From Peribolospora baueri (taxonomy: Eukaryota), in assembly GCA_029717555.1 (NCBI GenBank), contig JAMDHS010000007.1:124001-188000 (forward strand): a stretch of 64,000 nucleotides of DNA, in the 5' to 3' direction. The translations under genes and the position numbers were made by a program. Below are positions 11,809-27,029 of the stretch, in pieces. Below the pieces are notes generated by a model. It saw only the letters and a program-made list of their open reading frames with translations. It made no database searches and was not told the origin of the DNA. Each line of letters opens with the position of its first letter. Position 1 is the first letter of the stretch.

Positions 11809-12250
11809 GGCCTTTTTCTTTTTCTGTGCTGCTCGTCGGTCGAGTCTCAAAGTTTAGATAGACCGGCTTTTGCCCACGACGGGTCTTCTCGCCGCAGTCT
11901 CGTTTGCCGCAGTTTTTGAAGAAGGGCCCCGAGAGTGACGGCATCAGAAAGAGGCGGCCGAGGCCTTTCCCCCGACGGACTTCCTTTTCATCACTCTCGC
12001 CAGAGCTCCCTCCGTCTGCAACCCGTGCGCGAGCATTGGTCGTCGTGCCGGAGAGGGAAACAGAGGAAGCAGCCATGCAGCCGTGGGGCTCGGTGGAGGA
12101 GGGGCCGCTCCGATGGCGGGCGTCGCGGGAAGGGAGGACTATAGAGAAGTGCTCTCGATTACCGTAACCCAACAAACTCTAGCTGACTGAACGAACGTCT
12201 GATTCAAGACCACCACCAACTCCGGAAACCCATTGCCATTTCCATCCCTT

Positions 12251-15101
12251 TCAAAAACCAAGACGACGCCCGTCCGCCTGCTCCTCGGCACTCAAACTCT
12301 CAGAGTACGACTCGAGATGCCTCATCAACGCGTCCAGGTCTTCCTCCATCGCGGACGAAGCGTTCGAAGGTCTCCTCTTCAGGTTCTCTACCCCTCCCGC
12401 CATCAGCCCCCCAGGTCCTTCAGGCCTATTCGGAGACGTGCTATAGCCGAGCTTTTCGCCTGAAGCGCGAAACGAGGGTCGATCGCCGCCGCGGCCTGCG
12501 GCGACGGACGCGGGGACGGACATGTAGGCAGGGTGCTGCTGCCCTAGACGCAATTTCGGAGAGCGCTCGCTCTTCGAAAGCAGTGGCATGGTGGTGGAAG
12601 GTACGGAGGATGCATCCCTGCCGCCTGATTGGATGGGACGAGAGGGCGAAGAGTCAAGGGCGCGTGCGCCTCCCGTGCCAGGGACGGAGGGCGACGATGG
12701 CCGACTGGAGGAGGGGGCCACTGCCGCATTTCCGCCTGGTGATGATGCGCCGGCAGTGGTGGGATGTAAGCGAGGAGATTTCGAGGAGGAGGGGAGCGAA
12801 GAAGAGCTTTTATCCGCCGACGCCGAGAGGGAGCCTAACCGGGTCGGGCTCGGCAGAGGCGGCACGGGCGGTGCGTCTTCGTTCAAGCCGAGAGCGGCGG
12901 GCGAGGGCGAGGAGGAAGATAGGACGTTGACCTTTTTGGGAGACGCTGCGACAACGAAAGCGTTCGTACCTCCACCTCCTGCCGGCACACGCGCTCGGCG
13001 TCCAAAGTTTGTCGTTCGTGGAGCCGGGGTGGGTGGGACGGGCGTGTTGAACACGTCTTCTCTGAACACTGGTGGCGGGGAAGGATCGCGTTGCGATTGC
13101 GGCACAGGCGAAGGGGGCCACCGATCGTGGCCGGCACCAAAATCCTCTCTCACCCCTCCGACGTGATTTGGCGATGGCCCCTCCTCCTCCTCCTCCTCCT
13201 TGGGCACACCGACGGAGGTAGATCCTGGCGAACTGTCGCCGTGCGCCTCCGACCGTCGCTCGTCTTGCATGGAAGCCTTGCTCTCCAATCGTGACCCGCG
13301 CTCACTGCCACTGCCACCGCCGCCTTGGCAACCTTCATTACCGGGCACGCTCACGCTACCAGCATCACTCGGCCTCCTCCCCGCGCGACTTAAGCTCCTG
13401 GACAAGGTAGAAAACCAGGACGAGGCGCTGTTCGTCCTCTGCAAGTTGTTGGTCGGTGCTGGTGCTTGGGCTGATAATGTCGACGGCGTCGGTGAAGACG
13501 CTCGCTCGGCAGGGTTAGCGACCGAAGGGGGCTTGCTCTCGTGCTCAACCGACGAACGTCCTTGGTGAGACGGACCGGAATCTGCAAAGCCCGAGAAGGA
13601 AGGCAGGTGTGGGATGGGCCCGGGATGAGCAGCAGACACGGCCATGAGCGCCTGTTCCAACTTGACCAATCTCTCCTCCAAAGCTTGTTTTTCCACCTTG
13701 GACCGTTCCGCTTCCTCCTCCCACGCCGCCGCCTTCTTTCTCTCATCCGCAACCATCTTGTTCGCCTCTTCGAATAGGCTCTGGCTCAGCGCCTCCACCT
13801 CATCTTCTAACGTCTTCTTCTCTCCGGCCAGTTCAGAAGCATGGGCGATAGAAGCGGAGAGCTGATCGCGCACAGAGGCGAGTTCGGATTGGAGCGAGGA
13901 CACGGCGACGGAAGAAGGGGAAGATCCGGGGCCGGGTCCGGAGGAAGGTAGGAAACCACCAGAAGGGGAACGTAACTCGTCGCCGGCACTAGTGTTCCGG
14001 CGCTGTAACTCGGCTCGACCAGAAGCGGAGGAAGGGGGCAGCATGGTGTTCGAAGACGGCTGTGCCTTGGATCGCTTTCCTAGACCGAAGCGGAAACGGC
14101 GGTCGGACGATGGCGGTGTAAGCGGAGCGAGACGGGACTGAGAAGAAGCAGGATGGGACGGGACGTCGTCGTACTTGCTCGAACCACGCCCGGCGGCGGC
14201 AGGAGGTCCGACAGCAGAGCCATCCCTATCGACGAGGGGTACGCTTTGGCTTCGAAAAGTCTCGCCGGTGAGGGGATTAAAGTCGATGTCGCTGGCGCGG
14301 AGGAGCGCGCTCTGGCGGCGGACGGTCTCTTGGAGGGACTCGCAGAAGGATTCGGCGAGAGTGAGGTTGGAGCGAGCTATCTTGAGCGATGCTTCCAGGT
14401 CGGATTGGATGGAGAGAGATTCGGCGAGGCGGTGGGACTGCGAAGCGGAAGAAGAAGAAGAAGAGGTGTGCGAGGCGAAATGAGGACATGGAATAAAAGT
14501 CGGCGCGCGCCGTCTTTGGCGTGATTGCTTCGCTCACCAGAGATTCGAATTCGCCGACCACGAGTCCAAGAGCGTCGGCGAGAGCAGCGTTCGCCCTTTC
14601 AGAGCCGTCCCTCCTCCGCTCCTCGCCCATACCCGCGCCGTCCTCTGTCCATCGATCGCTCTTTCCCTCATCCGGCCTCCATTCCTCCCCCTCGTCTTCC
14701 CTTTGCCATCTCAATCTCGCTTGATCCGCCTCCCTGCGCGCAGCCAATAGGCTCTTGGAATAAGCGATGAGGTCCGCTCCTCTGTCCGAATTCGCCGAAG
14801 AGGGACCGATGGAAGCGGCTTGGGCGGCAGAGGAGAGGAGAGAGGAAGAGCGAGGACTGTAGCCAGGTCGAGGCCGTTCGCCATCGACGACGACGACAGA
14901 AGGGACTGGGAGAGCGTCCGAGACGAGACGGCTGGGAGCGGTAGCGGTGTGGACCTTGCTGGGCGAGTGCGGAGAAGGACTCGGCCGTTGGCCGTCGCCG
15001 AGGAACTCGACCGGCTCGTCGTCGTACTCGCTGCCGGACGCCGCAAAGAACGGCGCGCCGGCGGCGGCACCGGCGGTTCGGGCTCGTTCGACCGGGGCCA
15101 T
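12251..15101 (-). CDS. Sec2p (Rab GEF) coiled-coil domain-containing protein, 2 exons
   Basis: ATG at 15101. Intron 14537-14438 joins GEFESL|SHRLAESLSIQSDLEASL (coiled coil). Sec2 signature KKTLEDEVEALSQSLFEEANKMVADERK, followed by a long Ser/Pro-rich tail; stop at 12251. Confidence 0.8.
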
Positions 15102-15529
15102 GGTGCTGGGCGGGGCAGGATGGAGGAGGAGTGGATGATCCTGATCGGCTGGCGCTGGTCACGGGGCTGGTGTAGTTGGGTGGGCAATTAGTGTAGGGTA
15201 TGCGTGGTAGATAGGTTTGGGTGCGAAGATGGGTGTTTGGTGGATGGACAGGTATGGGTGCGTAGGTATGGTCTACCGAACGTCTGGCTACCAGAGCGAG
15301 ACGGGGCGTTGGTGGCCGATGGGGGGCGTGAAAGGATTGTCGTCGTGGGGTGCGAATGCGAATATGGTGCTCGAGGAGGGAAGCTGAGGGGGCGACGTCG
15401 GGGAGGGGAGAAGAACAAGCCGGGTCGGGTCGGGCGAGGTGGGTACGACATGGAAGAGAGGCGGGCGTGGGCGGCTCGGCTCGCCTGGCTCGACCGTCGT
15501 TGGTCGTCGTTAGGGGGTCGTCGTTGTCC

Positions 15530-15605
15530 GTCGTCGTTGTTGGTCGTTGTCGTTGTCGTTATTGTCGTTGTTGTTGTTGTTGTTGTCGTCGTCGCCGTCG
15601 TCGTC
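15530..15605. repeat. Imperfect (GTT/GTC)n trinucleotide microsatellite
   Basis: Directly visible: gtcgttgtcgttgtcgttattgtcgttgttgttgttgttgttgtcgtcgtc. Confidence 0.9.
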
Positions 15606-16270
15606 AGCGGCCACTCGCTTCCGACATCGACGGAGACTTGTCGCCCAGTGAGCCATAAAACTCCGTCCCTGGCCGCAGTCGGCGAAACTCGCCAGCGTAC
15701 GATGGATGGCTTCGACGTTGAGCAGTCGATCTCAGCCTTCGTCCCTGCACGTGCGGCGGGCGGTCTGGTGCAAGGTCGAGAGGAAGGAGATGGTGGTGGG
15801 ATGGTCGTGGTCATGGTGGTCGGAGGGAGGACAAGCGTACCCCCGGGCTCGCGAAGACCGAAGGAGTGCGCTGTCCGAGACCGCCTGTACAGTATCTTAT
15901 CAGTATATCGCATGCGCTCACAGACGTCCAAATGCCGTCCGTGCAAGACGGCGCTGCACGAGATGTGAGCGGACGACTTTGGTATGGCTTTGTCGGCCTT
16001 GGCCATGCTGGACATGTCATTCTGACAAGACTTGAGCGAGCCTTGGATCCGAGCCGACTGGTCCGTACTTACATACATAGATATATACAGCACATACTGA
16101 CGCTCACCCTGCTTGCACGCGCGATCATCGCCGCCGGCGTAGCCTTATCGGGCCCGTACGGAGGAAGGAGAGACTTGCCTTCTTCCTTGCTTCACGTCGG
16201 ATCGGCTTTTGGACCTCGCACGATCCCATCTCCTCTCCACCAAGTCACCGACCGCCCTAGATGAGATGAG

Positions 16271-18126
16271 ATGGCCAACCTCCCGGTGAACCCCGTGAAC
16301 ATCGACAACGCCACCCCGCAAGACGTCCTCGACGTCATCAACCGCGCCAACTCGGACACGCTCTCCCCGCTCGACATCATCGGCACCCTCGTCACCGGCA
16401 CCTGGAACGAGTATTGCGTGGTGCGTCCAGTGGACTGTCGATTCATCTAAGGCCGATATGCTCACCGTTCTCCGCCCCCGGCTTCCGATAGTTATGCGGT
16501 GGCCAGCCCGACCTCTCTCTCTCGCTCTCTCACTCCCTCCGCAACATAGCTTCCACCGGCGGCCTCGAAGCCTCGGAAGTGGGACGACGGCTCGATCGAC
16601 GGCTCTTCTCCCCTTTTCGGGCCCATCATCTCTCCTCTTCTTCCCCTTCGCTCTCACACCCTTCTTCTTCCACGCCCACCTCCGACCTCCCCGATCCCGC
16701 CGCCGCCGTTCCGTTCGCCGCCACGGCCCACGCTCCAGATCCAGAAGAAAAGGACACGTGGTCACCGCTATCTACGACGGATGTGAGAGAGTTCCACAGG
16801 GACCTCGTCGCCATCGGGTGTTGGGCCGATGGCGAGGACGAGGACGAGGACGATGGCGATGGCGATGGCGACGGACGACGACGATGGGACGACACGGACG
16901 TCGCGCTGCTCACCGGCCTGGTGCCCATGGACTCGCTCCAAGGCGAGCTCTTCATCAGGGACGGCGTCGCGAGGAGGTTCCCTGGGTCGTACATCGCACG
17001 CCACGCCGACCATCACGGCCACAACGACTACTACGGCTTGGACACCGGTGGTGATGGCCACGGTGAAGAGCATGGACGACAAGAAGAAACAGGCCGACCG
17101 ATCACCGCGCCGACGGTGTTCGTCAAAGCATCCTCCGGCACGTACATGCTCCACGCCCGGTGCTGGGAGCTGCTCGCCGCCCTCTTCCCCCATTACCATT
17201 CCGTCGGCCCCCTCCCGCCTTCCCGACTCCACGCCCTCCTCTACCGAGCCTCCTCCCTCCTCCCCGCCCACCCCGTCACCTTGCCACACCAACACCCACC
17301 CCTACCCTGGATCGACTACGGTCTCACCCTCGCCGCCCAGCAACAACTCTTCTTCCAGCCCCTCGCCCTCTTGCCAAGGTCGGATAGCTCGTGGGCAACC
17401 AAGTTGGGAGAACGCATGAGGTCGGCAAAGGTGGATAGAAATTGGAAAGAGAGCCTTTGGACAGAGGCTGGCGCTTGGGTATGGGCGAGGATGGATCGGT
17501 GAGCGTCGGGGCGTAGCGTGGCGTGTTTAGAAGTAAAGAGTGCTCGTTGCGCTGATCGGCCTGTCTCGCTCGAAAGGTTCCCTCTCGAACAAGCCTTCTT
17601 CCACCCGCCTCAGCTTTCCACCTTTCCGCCTCGCTCCCCCGCCTCCTCCTTCTCTTCTTCTTCTTCCCACCCTTTCCTCCGTTCCTTGCCACCAGAGCTC
17701 CTCCGCCTCGTATCCCTCCACCTCCCCATCCTCTCCTTCCTCCACCTCGCTTCCTCTTGCACTTCCCTCCGACACCAAACCCTTCCTTTCGCAGACGAGG
17801 TCGCCCGGAGGACGGCTGAGCGGGATAAGCCGTGGGTGTTGCCGTGGACGGAGAGGGAGCGGACGTGGTGGGACGGGGAGGTGCGGAGGCTGTCCGAGTT
17901 GACTGGATCGAGGGCGACGGCGACGGCGAAGGAGAGGAGGAGAAGACGGGGCGAAGAAGAAGGAGAGGAAGAAGAAGAGCGAGAAGAATCCCCCCTCCCC
18001 CTCTCCTTCTGGCTCGCCTACCTCCGCGCCTCCTCCAATCCGGATTGCTGGGAGATGAGGAACAGAAGACGCGTCTGGGCGATCTCTCGCCAACTGGCTT
18101 ACGCGGCTGAACGGCTAAGCCTCTAA
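16271..18126 (+). CDS. F-box domain-containing protein (basidiomycete type, C-terminal F-box), 3 exons
   Basis: ATG at 16271, MANLPVNPV...WNEYCV|LCGG across intron 16421-16490. Then WVWARMDR|FP across an intron starting at 17499. F-box-like FLRSLPPELLRLVSLHLPILSFLHLASSCTSLR; ends MRNRRRVWAISRQLAYAAERLSL*. Confidence 0.75.
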
Positions 18127-18559
18127 GCGCTGAGCTCGGCACGGCGGTAGGAATAGACGACACTGAAAGTGCGAGAAGAAATGGAATGGGAGAGAGCGTA
18201 TGGAAGGAGCGAGGGAAGGAAGGAAGGGGGCCACGTCCATCGGCGCGGTCGGATTGCCTTGCCTTGTGTGGCGAGACGACGCGGGGCGAGGCGAGAACCG
18301 GAAAAGGAGGATACACGTCATGTCCCGACTTTCCGCCGCGTCCTCTCCTTCGACGACAACCTCGCACGTCCGCTCGGAAGCCCCGTCGCGTCGCGTTTCG
18401 TTTCGTTTCGACAAATCATCATGCATTCGGCAATCTGGGAAAAAAAGAGGCGGTGAGGATGACGATGACGCGAAACGTACATGCATACAAGACATCACGG
18501 CGGCATACCAGACAGTCTTTCATATCGTTAGTTACGATCCGATCTGCTCTGCTCTGCTC

Positions 18560-21194
18560 TCACTCCCACCTCGCCAAGGTCATTCCTGCCTTTTTCTCGG
18601 TGAAAAGGAGCGCGACGACGTCGTGCGATGCGACAGCGCCAGACGGATAGGTGAACTTGTCGCCGTGGAACGTGCCTAGGTCGCGGTGGGCCCAGAGATC
18701 GCGGACGGCGTACGTCTTGGAGTGGTCAAAGTAGGGTGAGGAGGTGAGGGAGAAGGAGAGGTTGCGTGGCGACGACTCGGAGTTGATCTTGAGTGATTTC
18801 CGTGCGCGAAAAGAGCCGAAGGGGGAGCGCCAAGGGCAACCAAGGGAAGGAAGGAAAGGGAGAGAGGCGCCAAATCATCTCGTCCGCTCCGATCACCGTC
18901 CTCGATCCCGGAGAGCGAGCGACTCACGAGCATGACCACGGTACCGTTCTGCGACGGGCCGGACCACGTCTCCGGCGGGTACGTCGAGTTGGCGAACGGA
19001 GCGATGCTGGAAAGGAAACGAGACGGCGGGGAGGTGGGTGGTTAACAAGAGACGATGGCGGGGAGGGCGGATGGTCAATAAGAGACAATGTCTCTATGCC
19101 GTCTTCTCGAACGCTTACTTACCTTGCGCCGACGACGGGGTCTTGAGAGATGGCAATGATCTCCGGGTTCGTCAAGACGGCCACGGTTTCATCGGAGGCC
19201 GCCACCAGCTGATAGATCGCATGCGAGATCGTCCCCAGATGAGCCGCCTGGCTGCTTGCTGCCAAACTAAACGGAGCGCAAGAGAGAAAAAAAAAAGAAA
19301 GGCCAGCTTGCCACTCACGTCGGTTCCGATAAGGAGCGGGCTCTTGAGGAAGGCCCAGGCGGTGAAGTGGGTGCGCTGCTCCTCGATAGTGAGGTTTCCG
19401 TTTCCGAGCTCGAGCATGTCCAGGTCGTTGTGACCGCTGCCGCAGAGTATCCGAGACATACACTGGGTAAGTAGCCATCACCGGGACACGCGGCCACCGA
19501 CAGAGAGACTCACGTGAAGCCGGTGTACTTTGTGATGGCTGGACCAGAGAGAGGGCAGTCCGGATGAGCGATTCGACGAGTGCAGAAAAAAGGGGGATAG
19601 AGAACGGACATGCACTTACAAGCAGCCTGGTTGAGGATGGAGATAACAGAGGCCCAGTGGGCGTTGATGTCATCGGACATGCGCCACGAGTTCTGCAGCG
19701 AAGAAGCGGGGGCGAGAAGGCGGAGGGTGAGCGGGCGTGATGTTCGTCTTCGATTTGTCCCTCGGACAAACTCACGCCGGTCGCGTTGCCCCAAGTCCAC
19801 ACGCTGTCCTTGCCCCACTCGCAAAGACCTGTTCAAACGCAGCGAAGAACGAGCAACCGGACAGGTCAGACGATGGGGGCTTGGGGCGACAAAGAAGGGG
19901 GGAAGACTGACTGAAGACGATATCTTTGCCCGTCTCGTTCTTGACCTGGAGCAAGGCATCCCGCATCACGTCATACCGCTGTTCGGTGGTATTGGTGTAG
20001 TTCGAGGGAACGGCACTGGGCGAAGAGAGGGGAGGGGATGGTCACGCGGGACGCGGGATAGGGTGAGCGCTTCTGTCGGACCGGGACCGAAGGCGGGCGC
20101 GACAGACAGACGCGGGCGAGGAAACACAGCTTCGAGCCGGCTCACCAGTTGTCGATCTGCGATGGGCCACAGACAAGGGGTCAGTCAGTCAGTTTGGTCC
20201 ATGCGGCAGAGAAGGAAACACCGAGCGAGCGAGCGAGTCGAAATTGCGCGCTCACCTTTGCGTAATCGACACCCCACGCGGCAAAGGACCTGGCGTCGGT
20301 GAGCTCGTGGCCGAGCGTGCCGGGGTATCCCGCACACGTTGTCTCTCCGAGGTCCTCGTAAATGCCGAACTTGAAGCCGAGGCCGTGGAGGTAGTCTGAA
20401 AGGTTGTTCAGGCCGGAGGGGAACTGGGGTGGGAGGAGGAAGCGAGGCGGGTGAAGAAGAGGAGAGGTGAGGACGGACAAATCGAGGGCGGCGTCGGACA
20501 GCGGCCAGTGAGAGAGACGACGGACCTTGACGGGATCAGGCACGAGCTTGCCGTCGGCCGAGCGATTGTGTGTGAGCCAGCAGTCTAATACAGGGTGGGA
20601 GAGCTTGGGTGAGCAAAGGGGATGGTGAGAAGCGGAGACGAAAGGAGCAGGGGCGACGCACCGTCGAGGTTGACGAACTCGTACCCGGCAGCCTGGTACG
20701 AAGAAGGCGACAGGAGTCAGCACGTCTTTCAGCAGTTACTGCGTGGCATCGTACGAAGGCGAGGAGACGTCCCACTCGCCTGTAGGCCCCTCGCCTTCAT
20801 CTGCTGAGCGGTGGTCCTGACGAGCGTCTCGTTGATGTTGCACGCGTACCTGTTCCAGGTCTGGGAGCAGGGAGAGGAGAAGAAGAAGTAGAGGCGAGGA
20901 GGCGGAGCGGTGAGAGTGAGCAAGCCAGCAAGAGAGGAGGGCGGGGGATCGGGCGGACAGACGTGAAAGCGTCGGCGGGCTCGCTCACGTTGTATCCCAT
21001 GGCGGGGAGACGAGCGACGCCGTTGTCGAGGGCAACCTAGAGGTGCGGAAGGGGATCGCGTAAGCCAAGGTGGGCGGCGGGCATGCGAATGGACTGGAAA
21101 AAAGCTCACTCACGGCCGAGGGCATGACGGTCAGGGCAGCGATGGCGGCGGCCGCGGCGGCCGCCCTGGCGAAGCGCGGGGAGCGTGGGGACAT
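18560..21194 (-). CDS. Secreted alpha-galactosidase (GH27), about 14 exons
   Basis: Signal peptide [29 protein letters not shown]27 motifs [67 protein letters not shown] (nucleophile), SWRMSDDI (acid/base), [13 protein letters not shown], and C-terminal beta-domain [13 protein letters not shown]. Confidence 0.95.
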
Positions 21195-22103
21195 GGTTGT
21201 CGGTGTCTGAGGGGAGGGTGGATTATGAAGAAGGATGGCAAGGAGGACGAGTATGGAAAAGGAAGGAGATGGTGCGGGAGAGGGAGGAAGGGAAAAGGCG
21301 GTGAGGGGGGAGAAGAGGCAAGCGGGCTGGAAGACATTCGTTGGTGACCTTTAAAGACGGCCTTCCTTCCCTCGTTGCTCCTCCATCCTGATCTTGATAT
21401 CATACAGAGATTCCCGTCCGGCGCACACATGTGACGGCCCCGCGCTCGGATATTTGGTCATGGGTTCCTGACCTGGTAGCGCCCTCGCCCTCGACCTGAT
21501 CTTGCTTGGTCTTGGTCTTGGTCAGTCTGTGTCTGCCTGTCTAACGGCGCCACCGCTCCGCTCCACCCATCTATCTACGTCCCTCCGCCGCTACGTCCCC
21601 GTCCCTCCGATCGATCCGATCCGATCCGCTGCCGTGTGTGTCCACAGCTCGCGCAGGTGCAGGTGCAGGTGCGGGGAAGGGGTTCGACAGAGAATGGTCG
21701 AGGCGAGGGAGATGGGAGGAAAACGTGGGAAGATGAGTGCGGTGGTGGACGGGAAGCAAAGCAAAGGAAGAAAGATCGGCGGCGGGGACGTCGATCGCCG
21801 GCGGGACCGGACCGCGGACCGTGAGCCGGCGGTTAGGAGAAATTGAGGAGGCCCCGCTCTCCGAAGTCGGAGGCAGAGGCAGAGAAGATTTTTATTTGTG
21901 AATTTGGAGAACTTGTCTCGCTGAGCTCATCCCCGTCAGTCAGTCAGTCCGACCGCCCACAAGCAGACCGTCCAGGTGGCATCGAATTCTCTAAGTACGT
22001 ATAGAAAGACTAGGACTAAGTAGCATCCACACCCCGTCCACCGCCTCCATCCATCCATCGCGCCGACCCCCTCGTCCGACCGGAAAAGGGAGCAAGGGAC
22101 CGC

Positions 22104-22207
22104 ATGGATGGATGGACGGAGGGACGGATAGAGGGAAGGAGGGGTGGACGGATAGAGGGATGGATGGATGGAGCTGATGGGTAGGAAGGTAGGTGAGTGG
22201 GTGGATG
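22104..22207. repeat. Degenerate (GGAT/GGAC/GGGA)n tetranucleotide low-complexity tract
   Basis: atggatggatggacggagggacggatagagggaagga...gatggatggatggag, downstream of CLA4. Confidence 0.7.
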
Positions 22208-22610
22208 CAGGGAGAGACAGAAGGAGAAAGGAGGACGGAGGAAGAAGGCGGAAGGCAAGCCATAGATCGTTACGAAATAGTCATCGTGAGAGAGTCTCGG
22301 ATCGATAAGAAAAAGGGGAGGGAAAAGAGAAAGAAACGGATATCAGACGGCCACCGCCGTTCGACGCCACGTGTACACCACCGTTGCAGCGCTGAGACGA
22401 CGACACGACGGCGACGTGTAAGGGTGGACGAGGGAAGAAAAGATCCAGTCCGAAACACGAGGGGCGAAAGAGGGAAGGTGGACGACGGTCAAGAGGGGAA
22501 GAGCATCCAAGGGGCACGACAGACGTGGGGGTAAAGTGGAGAGAAAGAGAAAGCCAAGAATAAGGGCCGGGAGAAGGAGCGCCACGTCGAGCGACCACGC
22601 GTCCACCCGC

Positions 22611-25838
<3,228 letters not shown>

Positions 25839-27029
25839 GGTGAGGAGGGGCTGGGAATCCGGGATTTGCGGGGGTAAGCGGACGAGTGGAGGGGAGGAGG
25901 GAAGGGAAAGGCGAAGGCGAACAACGACGGCTGGGCAGCAGAGAAAGACGCGTCAAAAAGCGGAGGGCAGGCGGTGTGCGACGGGCGCCGGGGTGGGAAT
26001 GCCGTCTGTTGCGAGGTGACGCTTAGGCCGGTGGTGTCCCGTAGCGGGAGAGTCAGTCGACGTGCGATCGTGACGGGGTCGTGAAGGAAGATGGGAGCCT
26101 GTTCGATATACGCGACGACGGAGAGGTGTGTGTATACGACGTTTGCTACCGCGACGGCGGCGTCGGGGCGTCGGTGGGGACGGGTGGGCGTGAAGAGGCG
26201 CCGTGAGACCGTCTGTGCCGTTTGTCTTGTCTAGTCGTCGTATCGTCGTCGTCGTCGTCGTCGGTAATGACTGTCCGCGGGGCGGGTAGATGCGGAACTA
26301 GCACGAAGGCGGGGTCGTGCCAGGTAGATGAATGCGACAAGGACTGGATTGTATGTAGTACGGACGTCCTAATTCTGCGAGTCTGACCGACCGAGAATGG
26401 AGCGAGAATGCAAGGCAGGAGGGGAGGCGAAGAAAGGCAAAGAAAGGAGGCCAACGGGGTGGATGAAGAAGAGCAAGTGCACGGCGGCGGACGTGCGGGC
26501 GAACGTCAGCGGCGCGAGAGGGGATGAGGGTGTTGATTTGGAGATGGGCGAGGGGGCGATCGCCGGGGCGGTGCAGGGAGGGTATTGGTGGGATAGGAAG
26601 AAGGCGGGGCACCGAGGATGGTGACGATGAGAGGCCAAGGCAATCTGCGTCGTTCGTGGTCAGCGGTTGGTGGCCGTGGCCGTGGCCGTGATCGTCGTCG
26701 TCGTCGTCGTCGAGATGATGGTGTTGATGTCGACCTCCCACCGCCCTCGCCGCCGCCGCTCCCTCTCGCCCACGCCCGCTCAGCCGCCCGCGTCACGTGC
26801 CCGTCTAGAAGGTGAATGGCGCACGCGTGCTCCACCGCCGCCTCGCGCACGCGGCGGTAGCGGACGTAGGCGGCGATAAGGGGGGAAGGAACTGATCGGG
26901 ACGTGAGCGGCGAGCGTCACGAAGGGACGGAAGGAAGGATGGCCGGATGACGGTGAGCAACGAGCAACGAGCAACCATCCCAACTCGGCTTCCCATCGCA
27001 TCCCTGCCATCAGCAAGAGTCGCCGCGAC

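Noticed and set aside
11723..12175. 150-aa minus-strand ORF upstream of RPA49 as the missing N-terminal domain
   Set aside because: It is in a different frame from exon 1, has no convincing splice link, and does not resemble the A49 dimerisation module.
15188..16093. 301-aa (-) and 254-aa (+) ORFs with poly-Thr/poly-Val
   Set aside because: Produced by the (GTT/GTC)n microsatellite and GC-rich intergenic DNA; no domain features.
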